Positions 1 to 13,250 of a stretch of DNA of 64,000 nt are shown in pieces. The first letter of the stretch is position 1, and the number at the start of each line of letters is the position of its first letter. Source of the stretch: Hemiscyllium ocellatum (taxonomy: Eukaryota); NCBI RefSeq assembly GCF_020745735.1, contig NC_083421.1, forward strand, positions 15,649,040-15,713,039, written 5' to 3'. Position numbers and translations under genes: made by a program. The notes under the pieces were generated by a model that worked only from the letters and a program-made list of their open reading frames with translations, made no database searches and had not been told where the DNA came from.

Positions 1-289
1 CGACTCTTCTCCTTGGATATACTGCCTGACCGCTATGCTTTTTCAGGGCCACGCTTTTTGACTCTGAGCTGCAATCATTTCTTACTCCTTTTCCCTCGGT
101 TGTCTGGTCTGGAATAATCTGAGAGGTACGGATGCCCTTGCAAGGACTTTTGTGGTCCTGGAACATGCAGAAGGAGGAGTGAAAAGGCTGTTGTATGGAG
201 ACATGCAGAGTTTGTTGGGTTGAATTGAGATGTGGGTGAGGGTATCTTTACCTTCTTTACTGCCTGCTGCACTTGCACGCTTACCTTCA

Positions 290-2950
290 GCGACTGGTGC
301 ACAAGGACATGCAGGCCCTGCAGCACACTCTCCTCTCCCAATTTACGGCCAGTCAGGTCGTAATCCACCACCTTACTTTTGTCTCCAAAGTGAATAACCT
401 GACATTTATTCAAAATAACTGCATCTTCCATTGATTTGCCCGCTCACCCAATCTGTCCAGACCATGCCATAGGCTCTCTGCATCCTTCACAGTTCACCCT
501 CCTACCCAACTTGGTATCATCTGCAAACCTTGAGATATTACATTTTATTCCTTCATCCAAATCATTAAAATAATTGTTAATAGCTGGGGTCCCTGTGGCA
601 CTCCACTAGCTACTGGCTGCCAATTTGAAACGGACCCCTGAAGCCTTATTCTTTTCCCTCTCTACTGATCTGTTTTCTATCTATCTCAGTACGCCTACCC
701 TAATCCCATGGGTTTTAATACTGTACAATGATGTCTTAAATGGGACATTGTCAAACACTTTCTTAAATCCCAAATATTTACCAGTGCCCCTTTGTCAACT
801 CTGATAGTTACATCTTCACAGAATTCCAATAGATTTGACAAGCATGATTTCCCCTCCATAAATCCATGCTGACTGTCTTTGATCTTGCCACGGCTTTCTC
901 AATGCTCTGCCATAAAGTACTTGATAAATTAGATTACTTACAGTGTGGAAACAGGCCCTTCGGCCCAACAAGTCCACACCGACCCGCCGAAGCGCAACCC
1001 ACCCATACCCCTACATATACCCCTTACCTAACACTACGGGCAATTTAGCATGGCCAATTCACCTGACCCGCACATCTTTGGACTGTGGGAGGAAACCGGA
1101 GCACCCGGAGGAAACCCACGCAGACACGGGGAGAATGTGCAAACTCCACACAGTCAGTCGCCTGAGGCGGGAATTGAACCCAGGTTTGATAATTTTCCCC
1201 ACGACTGATCTGAAGCTCACTGGTCTATAATTCCCTGGTTTCTCTGTACCTCTCTTTCTGAGTGTAGGAGTGCCTGTAGTTGCCCTCCATTCTGCAAGGA
1301 CTGTACCAAAATCTAATGAATCCTGGCAACCAAAGAATCCACTATTTCGAGAACTATTTCCTTAAGTACTCTGGGATGTAGATTTATCAAGCCCTGAGGA
1401 TTTACCGGGTTCAATCCCCTCAATTTCCCAGCACCATTTCTCTAGTTATATTGACCTCCCTCAGTTCTTCCCTCTCACTAAATCTTGCAATCTCCAGGAT
1501 TTCTGATACTTGATTTGTATTTCGAGTCAGAGAGTCCTACAGCACAGGGAGAGGTCGTTTAGCCCAAACTGGTCCATACTGATCAAAATGTCCACCCATG
1601 CTAACCCCATTTCCCTGCCTTTGGTCCACATCCTTCTAACCATTTCCTATCCATGTATTTGTCAAAATGCCGTTAAATGTTGTTAACGTACCCACTCAAC
1701 CATTTCTGCTGGCAGCTCATTGCATACACGTGCCAGCCTCTGTGTAATCAAATTGCCCTTCAGGTTCCCTTTTGTACTTTTCCCTTCTAACCTTAAACTA
1801 ATACCATCTAATCCTCGATTCCCCAACCCTGGCAAAAAAGACTGAATGCATTTCTCTCATAATTTTGTACAGTTCTATAAGGTCCCCTCTCAGTCTCCTA
1901 GCCTCTCCTTATAACTCAGACCACTAGGTGCGAGCAACATCCATATAAATTTCTTCTGCACTCTTTCCAGTTTAATAATATCCTTCCTCGAGCAAGGTGA
2001 CCAAAACAGAACATATGCTCCAATTGCAGCCTCACCAACCTCCTGTACAACTGTCGTTTTTTTTGTGAAGGCAGAACTAAAGTATGCGTACAATTGCTCA
2101 GTTGTTCATTGTCCTTTGTTATACATTTCCCCAATTTCCATCTGTAGGGACCTACATTTGTCTTCATCAATCTATTTCTCTTCACGTACTGTAGAACCTT
2201 GTGGTGTCAGTCTTCATGTTCCCTGCAAGCTTACTTTCTTTTGTACTGTTTTCTCCATCCTAATCAATCTCTTGGTCCTTCTTTGCTGAATTAGAAACTG
2301 TTCTCAAACATCAGACCTATTATTTTCCTTGGCCAATCTCTATGCTACTTCCTTCAATTGGATGCTATCAAATTTCCTATATAAGCCATGGATTGGCCCT
2401 GTTACCCATTTTGCTTTTATACTAGACTGGAATAAACAGTTGTTGCAGTTCCTCCACGAATTCCTTGCATATTTGCCAATGCTTATCGACTGTCACACAT
2501 TTAAGCAACTTCCACTAAACTATTAACGCTAACGCATACCTTATATATCTTCATAGTTTCCTTTATTAAAATTCAGCACCCTAGTCTCCAAATCAGCTGG
2601 CTCACTTTCCATCTTTTCATTACACAGTACCCAGTCTAAGATGGCCTGCTCTCTAGTTGGTTCATCCACTTATTGGTTAAGAAAGCAATCCCAAATGTAC
2701 TCCAGAAATTCCTCCTCTAAGACATTGTGGCTAATTTGATTTTTCCAATCTAGATGCAGATTAAAATCACCCATGATCACAGATGTCTCCATATCACATG
2801 CTTGGCTAATTTCCTGTTTAATACTATTCCGATATGACCACTGCAGTCTGGGGCTGGTATGATACCCACTTATGTTTTTTGTCCCTTGGTATTTCACAGC
2901 TCCACCCACACAGACTCCACATTGTCGAAGCTAATGTCCTAAAAAGAAAT
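290..2950 (-). mobile_element. CR1 ORF2 and 3' UTR fragments
   Basis: KCQVIHFG, FWSPCSRKDIIKLERVQKKF, VIMGDFNL motifs in broken frames. Confidence 0.85.
928..1185 (-). mobile_element. tRNA-derived shark SINE, 5'-truncated, with TSD
   Basis: Homologous to the copies at 28659 and 35580. TTGATAA at 921-927 and 1186-1192. Confidence 0.88.
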
Positions 2951-3149
2951 GAACAAAAACATAATATCAGGATTTGAGATATTTTTGCTCAAATATTGAT
3001 CTTGGTTTGATGCTAATTAGCTTTGTTGACTTTCAATGAGTTGCTTCGTAAAATCTGGGACCGACAGCAGAAGGTGATGAGCTAGAACAGTGGTGGAATT
3101 GCTTTCTCAGTAAATTAACATAGATGCATTTTGTTGAGTTTTTCACAGT

Positions 3150-5740
3150 AGATGACATTGCTTTTCCAGCAGGTGGATGTGAAGGTTGATAGTAGATCCT
3201 TCACCCAACATCTTCCCTCAAAACAAGTTAAGGCACACAAAAGATCGACTGAGGCTACTTAGTTTAACATCATTTATTGAAAAAAATGGTGGAGTCGTTA
3301 AAAAAGGATGTTACAGCAGAAAACTAAGAATGGTTTTACAAAATGGAAATCTTGCCTGATAAAAGTAACGAAATTCTTGGAGAAAATGGAGGAAACAGTG
3401 ATTGTAATATGTTTTCATTTTCTGAAGGTGTTTGATAGCACCCATGCATAAGATTACTGAATACGAAAGAAGCCTTGGCTTTGGATGTACTGTATTAACA
3501 TAGAGAGAGGATTTTTGAAATCCCAATCAGAAAAGTATGATTAAGAGTTTTATTTTAGAGAATGTCAATCTGTGGAGTACCACATAAATCTGTTCTGGGG
3601 ACAAAACATTTACAAAGTATTTTGATGACTCAGGTGAGGAAAGTGAATATATTGTAGGCAAGTTTGCAAATGATTCAAAAATTGGAGCGGAGACAAGTGG
3701 TGAGCATGACACAAAAAGAACTTTGCAGAGCGATACAGATAGGACGAGAGTGAACAAGGAGCTTTGCATATTAATGTAATGTGGATTAAATAAATGAGAA
3801 CAGACATAAACAGTGAAGGTATGCATTTTAACAGGCAAGATAGTGATTGAAGTCAGAAATTTAAAGGGACTCCGCATCTCCGAACCACAAAAAGTTAGCT
3901 TTTAATTTCAACTGTCAGTAAGGATGGCAAATGTCATGTTGAGGTTTATTTAAAAAGTAATGGAATATTGAGATTAGAAACAGTCATATAGAGCAACGAA
4001 TGTGTAGCTGAGGAGCTGCTGCAGGGGTTAGGATTCCCATTTTTCAATCATTGGGATCTCTTCAGGGATTGAAATGATCTATATAAGAGGGACCTAAATT
4101 GGAAGGGGACCGATATTCTTGTGGGTAAATTTGCTAGCAGTATGCTGAAGGTTTCAAACTAGTAAGGGGGATGGTGGGAACCAACAAGATAATGAGAAAA
4201 CAGAAATTTTTGAGGTGAGATGCGGTGAGCAATTCTCGGGGTCAAGGCAGACAACGGTTTGACAAGAGCGAGGTAAGACTGCTAAACAGCATTTACTTCG
4301 ATGCAAGAGGCCTGACATGTGAGACAGATGAACATAGGGCATAGATGGGAATGTGAGACAAGGATATCATTACCATTACAGAAATGTGGCTCAGGGATGA
4401 ACAGGACTGGCAATAAATGTTCCAGGATACAGATGTTGTAGAACATATAGACAGAGGAGCAAGAGAGGAGATGGAGTGGTGTTTTTGGTTAGAAAGAACA
4501 TTACAGTTGGATCCAGAGAGGATATATCTTGGAGACTGTTCAGTGAAGTTATATGGATGACACTTAAAAATAAGAAACAGGTGATGACCTTGCTGGGATT
4601 GTAAAATGGGCCTCCTAATAGTCAGTGGGAAATTTAAAAGCGATTGTACTATCTGTAAGAAAAAAGGATAATGGTAGAGAATTTTAACTTTCCAAACAGA
4701 GTTTCGGGTAGTGTTAAGATCTTGGAATGTGGAGAAATTGGTTAAGTGTGCACAAGAAAACGTTGCTATTCAATATGTGTATGCACGTACTAGACAGTTC
4801 GCAATACTTGATCTTCTGTTCAGAACCAAGGCAGAGCAAGTGACTGAGGTGCCCATAGGGGCATGATTCAGGGAAAGTGATCATAATTCTATTGGTTTAA
4901 TAATAATGATGAGAAAGATGGAATTGATTTAAAAATGAAAGTTTCAAATTAGAGTGTGGCCAGTTTCGATGATATTAGACTTTGAGAAGTTGGTTGGAGG
5001 AGGTTATTCACAGGTAAAGGGAGGGCTGACAAGTGGGAGATCTTTAAGAATGAGACAATGAGAGTTCAGTGATGGTATGTTTCTGTTTGTGTGAAGGGCA
5101 AGGCATGGGGAAAGCTCAATGATGAGGGAAATTGCAACTCCTGTCCAGTAAAAGAAGCGGGCATTCATCAGATATAGACAGCTGGGATTGAATGAATCCT
5201 GAAAAGGGTATAAGGAAAGTCGGAGTATACTTAAACAGGAAATCAAGAGGGAAAAAAGAGACATAAAATTGCTTTGGCAATTAGAATTAAGGAGAATCCG
5301 AAAAGATTCGTAAATTATTTTAAGGTTAAAAGAATAACTAAGGAGAGAATACAGCCCTTAAAGATCAAAATGGCTTTCCATGCATGGAACCACAGGGGAT
5401 GGCTGAGACACTAAGCAAATATTTTGCATCAATATTTACAGTAGACAGGAGCATGGAAGCTAAGAAACTTAGGAAATAAATAATGTGATCTTAAAATGAG
5501 CTCATTTTACAGAAAAGGAGATGTTGGAGGTCTTAAAGTAGAAAAATGGAAATAAATCCTGGAGACCTGATTATGTATTTCCCAGAACTTTGTGGGAAGC
5601 TAGGGAAGAGATTCCTGGACCCCTTGCTGAGATATTTGTATCGTTGATAATCATAGATGAGATGCCAGAAGACTGGAGAGTGACTAATGTGGCAGCAGTA
5701 TTGAAGAAAGTTGTATGGAAAAGCAAGGGAACCAAAACCT
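3150..5740 (+). mobile_element. CR1 fragments (RT piece; ORF1 end, EN and RT start)
   Basis: Degenerate esterase C-terminus near 4030-4140, EN remnants, and the KSPGPD...PRTLWEAREEI region. Confidence 0.8.
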
Positions 5741-5894
5741 GAAGAACCTTTCACGCCAGAGATGCTCCCAGAACTTCTCAGCATTTCCAGCAGTTTCTCC
5801 TTTTGCTTCTGATACACAGCATCCACAGTTCTTTCAGTTTTTATTTAGTAGATAGAGAGCATTACTTTTTGAATTGGAATCCTGTTAGAACATA

Positions 5895-8780
5895 ACAACA
5901 TCCGAACATAAGAAATACAATCAGGAGTAGGCCATGTGACTCCAAGAGTCAGCTCTGCCTTTCAATAATATCGTGGATCATCTTTCAACGGACTGAGAGT
6001 CCACTTACCCACCCGCTCACTATTACCCTTCATTCCTTTACTGTTCACAAATCTATCTTCACCTTTAAAACATTCAACAGGTTAGCCTCAGCTGCTTCAC
6101 TAGGCAGGGGATTCCAGAGACTCACAACCATTTGGGTGAAGACGTTGGCTTGACCAGCTATCCTTAGTAGCAAACCAGATGACAAGCACCATGAGTTCGA
6201 CTGGGACAACACTACTATTACATAGCAAACCAAACAGAGAACAGCCAGGGATGGCATGGCACTCATTCACAGATTCAATCAATAGACATGTTCACCTGGA
6301 CCCAATATACCGGACACTGCAGTGGACAGCTGGAACTGACAATCAGAAGTGCCAAATACAAATCATTATAAATGCCGGAGGAAATATCACAGAAGCGCTT
6401 CACAGGAGGCTCCCAAGCACTGAAGATGTCACCTAGGCAGGGGAATGAAACGTTTGCTACACAAATTCCCAGCTCGGTGAACAGAACCACAACAAAGGGC
6501 ACCCGAGCTACAACTCTCACAAACTTTGAGCCTCCCTGCTTCTGTCTTATCTATCCTATTTATAATTATGCAAACCCCGTCCCACGTTCTTCTAAATTCC
6601 AATGAGTATAATCCCAGTCTGCTCAATTTCTCCTCATAAGCCAACCCCCTCACTTCCAGAATCAACGTAGTCAACCTCCTCAGCAAACCCCACCCCAATG
6701 CCATCTCATGTAAGGCGATAAAGAGTGTACAGAGTACTCCAGGTGTGGCCACACCGGCACCCCATACAGCTGCAGCAGAAAGTCCGAATTTTAAATTCTA
6801 TCCACTAGCAATGAAGGAATTATTCCATTTGTCTTCCTAATTAGCTACTGGACTTGCAATCCATGCTTTTGTGTTTTATGCACAAGAACACCCAGGTCCC
6901 CCTGCACAGCAGCATTCTGTAATTTTTCACCATTTTAAAGTAGACCACTTTGTTATTAATCCTACCAAAATGGATGACCTCACATTTACTAGCATTGTAC
7001 TCCATCTGCCAGACTCTTGCCCACCACCTTAGCCTGTCTATATCCTTCTGCACACTTTGCCCTATCACTCATTTAAGTGGCTTCCGTGAACAACAGCACT
7101 CTACACTTGGGTCTCTAACTCGAAGCAATCTGTCTAAATTGTAAACAACTGCAGTCCCAACAATTGTAAACAATTGCTGTCTCAACACAGATCGCTGAGA
7201 CACATCACTAGCCACTGATTGCCAACCAGAAAAACAGCCATTTATCCCCAATTTTTGCATTCTGTTAGTTAACCATTCTTCTATCCATGTTAATGCATTG
7301 CCTGTAACACTGTTCATCTTTATCTTATGCAGCAGCCTTTTGTGCAGCACCTTGCTGAATGCCCTTTGGAAATCCAGATACACCACTTTCACCAGTTCCC
7401 CATTATCTACCACGCTCATTATAACATCAAAGAATTCCAATACATCAGTAAAAGATGACTGGCGTTTCATGGACTCATGCTTCATTAAATAAATGTAGAT
7501 GTTGCATTTTTGTAACGCAAACCAGGGCAGGACTTGTACAATTAATGGCTGGGCCTTGGGCCGTGTTGCTGAGCAAAGAAACTAAAGGGTGTAAATGCAT
7601 CATTCCTTGAAAGTGGAGTTGTAGGGAGACAGGGTGGGGAAGGAAGTGTTTGGCATGCTTTCCTTCATTGGTCATAACATTAAGTGTAGGAGTCGAGATG
7701 CCATGTCTCAGCTGTACAGAACATTTGTGAGGCCACATTTAGAATTATTACAGACAAATCTGGCTGATCATTTCTATGAAGGATTTTGTGAAAATTGGGA
7801 TGGTGTAGAAACGATTTCCAAGAATGATTCTGGAACTGGAGTGTTTAAGGTATAAGGTGAGGCTGAATAGGCCGAGGCTTTTTTTCCCCGCAGTGAGCGG
7901 AAAGGAGGCTGAGGAGTGGCCTGAACAAGACCTATAAAATCATGTGGGGCATTGATATGGCGAATACCCAAGGCCTTTTTCCTCGAGTGGGAGAGTCCAA
8001 AACTAGAGGACAGCAGATTAAGGCGAGAGGAGAAACGTTTGAAAAGAACCTGAGGGGTAACCTTTTCACATGTGTGACTTGAAAAAGCTGCCAGTGGTAG
8101 TGGTGGAGGTGGGTTCAATTACTGCGTTTGAAAGGCACCTGGACGGTTGTATGAACACGTAACATTTAGAGGAAGATAGGCCAAATGTTTGGCAAATGGT
8201 ACTCAGTCAGATTGGGATGTCTGGTCAGTGCAGTTGGACCAAAGGGTCTGTTTCTGTGCTGGATATTTGCATGGCTATGATGTTTGTTAAAACTGGAAAA
8301 AAAAACTCTATTCTTACCACAGTTGGAATACTGTGAATTGTTCTTTAGACTATATCAAAGAAAAGGTACACTGGCATGTGAAACAATCCACACGAGGTTT
8401 AGCTGTCTGATCCTAAGGATGAGAGGAGAGATTGAGTCGTTTGGGCCTGTACTCAATGGAAGATGGAAGATTCAGTGGTGACATTCTGAAACATCTATTA
8501 TTTTCAGGAATCTTGATGGTGCAAATGCAGAAATGTTGTTTCCCCTTGTGGGAGAGTTTCGGACCAGGGAGTAGAATCTCTGAATTAGAGGTCACAAATT
8601 TCAGGCAGAACAGAATTTTGTCTCCCAGAATGTTGTGAATCTGTGGAATCCGTTTCCACAGAAGACTGTCGAGATTGGGATGTTCAGTAATTTGAAGGCT
8701 TAAATGGACAGAATTCGATTTGATAATTGAATCAATGCTGACAGTTAAAACGCTGGAAAGTGGAGGTGAGGATTATCAGT
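5895..8780. mobile_element. Mosaic of CR1 3' fragments in both orientations
   Basis: YLDFQRAFSKVLH, WQMEYNASKCEVIHFG, LYRTFVRPHLE motifs and typical CR1 3' UTRs. Confidence 0.8.
6140..6525 (+). mobile_element. Penelope 3'-end fragment inside a CR1 remnant
   Basis: Clearly homologous to 22650-23034 (HVHLDPIYRTLQ...EALHRRLPSTEDVT). Hammerhead-like CTGAAGA...GAAACG at ~6420-6455. Confidence 0.88.
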
Positions 8781-10609
8781 TCAGCCATGATATCATTGTT
8801 TGCAAGACCAAACTCCATTGGCTGAACAGGATGCTTCTGGTTCCCTATCACTGACCTTTGCTCTAAGGTACTCTTTTCAGAATTATATAGGCCTCATTTA
8901 AATTAACCTTAATTTCATGTTTGAAGCCCTGCTGCTTCAATCTCTCATCGTCATGAAAAAAGACAGGGATCATCTTTCTCCCTGTTTGATGGCATTGCAT
9001 TCTGCCTCGAATACAGTAACTGCATTTATAGTCATAGAGTCCGCCAGTTCTGTTGAATATTTGTCAAACACAACCATGACTGTCACAGAAAAAGTTAAAG
9101 ACAGATCAAAACTACATTGAAACTATCATATCAAACTCACTGTCGGCATGTGTTGCATGGAATGCACACACATTGCTTATTAAAGCTCTCTCATCATTCA
9201 TCCATTAAACACTGCAAGGGTTGTTCAGAGACGATTTGCTCATATGTGTTTGTATGTCTGTGCATGTAGATGAAAATCTATTTGTATAACAAAGTTTCGA
9301 TGCATAGTGTTGTTCCCTTTTTATTCTGGTATCAAGCATTTCAAAATCAGAAAGAGACAGTGGGTAGGAGTTCAAGCCTCTTTACACGGTTACATCAAAT
9401 GTTTTGTGTGATTGTACAGCTCATGTAATGTGTTGGTAAATCTCCCTCTATATTGTGCTGTCCAATGCAATCATGTCAAATATATTTTGGTTTAGACACA
9501 GAGTACAGCTGCATCCAGGATTTCTGGAAAAAAACCCTCCCAGAATAGGTATAACACAAAGTTGATACAGAATAACTTGCAGTAAAAGTTAATTATAGAC
9601 TAAACAAGCATTGCACTGAACCATCAAACATTCCTCAGCCAAGAATAATACTGCTGAGATACAATGAAAACACTATCACAGTAAAGTGTTGCAGCCTCAT
9701 TCCGATCTAGCATTTCCAGATCACTCAATACTCAGACAGACTTTTGAGAAAATCTTGACTCAAATCTCTCTAAAGAAATGGATGAATTTGGCTGAGAGGA
9801 TATGTTGGTGAGGTGTTGGCTTCATGTTATTAAGGAAAACATTGTCCAATTGTAGAGAGGCAAAACAAGGCATCAGATAGAAAGAAAAATGGGGGGAAGG
9901 CAGGAGGGGAAGAGAGAAAAAGAGAGACAGAAATATTAGCTGTGCCAATGTATCTCTGACTTATAGAGTTTTGACTAAACATGACAACTGATACCTTTGT
10001 CATTCAACAATCATACAATTTATGGATTAAAACGTCCTAACATCAATTAGTATTGGATTCCATTGAGTTATTTGCATTTTTTCCACAATTCGTGTGCTGT
10101 GCTTGTGGCGTAATATAATTTGGGGTTTTGTGGCTTTGTAATCTATTCTGAGAATTCTATTTCTGTGTTTACTTACATAAATGCTTAATTGGCTTCAAGG
10201 AAGTGATGGTGACAGCAAAGACAGATGAACAAAATGATTTGTTGGTAAGTTTCAAATAAACACGTTTATTTTAAGAATGTTGATCATTTGTAGAAGTGAA
10301 TACAAATTTATGAAGATGAATTGCAACAGATTTTATTTAATTCTGGAAGATAAATACAATTTAAAACTTTTATTTAGGTTAAAATTCAGTTCTGAAAATT
10401 CTGTAATTAAACTTCAGTGTTGAACTGGAACTACTCTGAATGTCCCACTGATTTATATTGTAGTCCGTTTAGACGGTGCAACATCGCATAAAGTGCATTT
10501 TAGAATGTTCACTTGAAATACATGAAATGACATCAAGAACTGCCGCAACAATTGCATTTAATTTATATAGTTGTTGTGAGGTTTCATTACACGTATTACT
10601 TAATGGTAA

Positions 10610-13250
10610 GGGTCAGCAATGAGTCCCTATCCCCAATTGCCCATTGCATAGCTTGCTAAGCCACTTCGAAACACAGTCAATTACTTCCCAGTGGGTCTGC
10701 AATCTCATGTCGGCCAGACCATGTAAGCGTGATAGATGCCTTGTCATTCGTGAACTAGCTGTTTTTGTATTTTTTCCATTGACTCGGGCTACATGGTCAC
10801 CATTTGGCTTTCTTTCCGATTCCAGGACTTCTTTAAATTCAGATCTCACCCTGGGTAAACGATGGTATTCCAAACCCCATCCATTCAGCATCAAACTGGA
10901 GTTCGCGAATACTGGTCTCGTGATATCATCACTGTGATCCTAATGTTGGAAATGCACAGAAAGTGGTCACAAACAGAAATGCAATAAATCTGACACTTTA
11001 CATCATAAACAAATATTGGAGTGCAATACTGGCAAGAACTCTCTTGCTGTTCACAGCAACATCACAAGAGACTTTGCATCCAATCATCAATCTTAAATGT
11101 GTACCGGACTCTGTCTGAAGAGCCTGACTCACCGTAATTTGCATTTTTTGAATTCTTCACTGAATTATGAAAAAGTTAGTCACATATCCCAAGAAGGTGG
11201 TCGTCAGCTACCTTTTTGAAGGCCTGCCATCTTGCTCGGCTAATTATGGTTGATCTTTCTTAAGAAGCTTTATTACAACTAATTGGCTTCTCAGTCGAGA
11301 CTGTAGTGCTGGAAAAGTCCAGCAGGTCAGGCAGCATCCGAGGAGCAGGAGAATTGACGGTTCAGGCATTAGCCCTGCATTAAGATACCTGATGAAGGGG
11401 TTATGCCTGGAACGTTGATTTTCCTTCTCCTTGGATGCTGCCTGACCTGCTCTGCCTTTCCAGCACTACACTCTCAACACTGATCTCCCGCACCTCAGTC
11501 CTCACTTTCTCCTGATGGGTTTCTTAGTCAGGTTCAGCACAGAAAAGGACCATCACTTTATTGTTGAACAGGTAGGGCAGGCCAGGTAGGAAGGTCAGAC
11601 ATCCTCCTCTGAAGGACAATACTGAACCATGTAACATGCTTCAAACCTTTGGCAGGTCTCTCATTATCGTTCATTATTCCAACATTTTCATTTTATACTC
11701 TTTTATTAATTGAAGCTACCATGGTAGGGACTGATTCTGGAACTTTACTCCAAACCTTTTGATTGCTTATTACATACTCATAGTGCCTCCACAACCACTT
11801 TCTCAAACTGTCATGTTAGCTTCAGTGATTTTTTTTTTTAACTGACTCATGGAACATGGTGGTTGCTTTCAGTTGTCGGTAGATGTCCTTCAGCAGATGG
11901 CAGCCTTTCTGAAATAACATGTTCCAAAATGGCCTGAGGAAGTGAATTCCAGATTTTGACCCAGTTACAGTAAAGGATCAGTGCATATTTCCATGTCAGG
12001 ATGCCGAGAGTATTAGAGAGGAGCTTATGTATCTGCTGCTCCTGTCCTTCGAGATGCAAGTGGTAGTGGGAAGGTACTGTCTAAGGAAGTGGCTAAGTTA
12101 CTGTAGTGTAGTATTTTGGATAGTGTATACGGCAGGTACTAAGAATCAGATTTGGAGGCAATGTGGATGTGCTACTGATCAAGTGGGATACTTTGTCCTG
12201 GACAATGCCAAGCTTCTTGAGTGCAGTTGAAGCTGCTCCTATCCAGCCAAGGGGCAAGCTGTTCTATTAGCCTCCTGACCTCTGTCTCTTAGACAGTCAA
12301 TTGGCTTTGCGAGTCACGAGTCAATGGTGAGTTACTCGCTTCGTATTCCTAGCCTCTGGCCTGCTCGTACAACCATTGTATTCATGTGGAGTGTCCAGCT
12401 CAATTTCTAATGAACAATAAAACCCAGGATGTCGATGGTGAGGGATTTAGTGATGGTAATACTATTGAATGTCAAGGAGTCTTGGATAGATTGTCTCTTA
12501 TTGTCAATGGTCATTGTCTCGCAGTTTTGTGGTGTGAATGCTATTTGCCACTTGTCAGCTCAAGTCTGGCTATTGTCCAGATTTTGTTGCGTTTGAATGT
12601 GGACTGAGCAGTCACAAAAAAATGTGTTAGATCAATGCAGATTTCACTTCTGACCTTCTGATGGAGGGAAGGTCATTGCTGAAGCAGCTGAACATGATTG
12701 GGGCCAAGGACACTTTCTTTCGGAACTCCAGCAGAGATTTGCTTTGGCTGAGACGACTGACCTCTAACAAGCAGAGCCATCCTCCAATGTGAGGTCTGAT
12801 TACAGGCAGCAGGGAGTTTGACACCGGATACCCATTGAGTCCAGTTTTGATACGACTCCATAATATCACACTCTGTCGAACGTGACCTTCATGCCAAGGG
12901 CTGTCACTCTCCCCATATTTCTGGAATTCAGCTCTTTGTCCATGTTTAAATCAAGTCTGTAATTCAAACATGAGCTGAGTAGATTTGCATAACCCACATT
13001 TACGCAGCTTATTGTTTAGCTAGTGCTGCTTGATAGCACCTTCCTCCACGTAACTCATGATTGAGCTTGGACTCATGGGGCAGTAATTCACCAGGGTGGT
13101 TTGACCTATTTTCTGTGCACAGGACGTGCCTGGCCTATTTTCCACATTGTCCATACCAGTGTTTTAGCTGTACCGGGAGTGTTTGGCTACCATAAGTCAT
13201 CAGTATTATTGCTAGAATTCAGTCAGACTCCATAGCATTTGCAGTAACAC
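10610..13250 (-). mobile_element. CR1/L2-type RT remnants
   Basis: RGQSSQPKQISAGVPKESVLGP and related RT motifs, heavily broken. Confidence 0.7.
11291..11515. repeat. Palindromic short repeat with two outward-facing degenerate hammerhead motifs
   Basis: 11291-11385 is the reverse complement of 11389-11483. CTGATGAAGGGGTTATGCCTGGAACG at 11389. Confidence 0.85.

Noticed and set aside
10070-10120. ATTTGCAT octamer followed by a TAATATAAT stretch, as in a VL promoter
   Set aside because: No hydrophobic leader or V exon follows. Other octamers (11137, 12983, 63193) lie in repeats or isolation.
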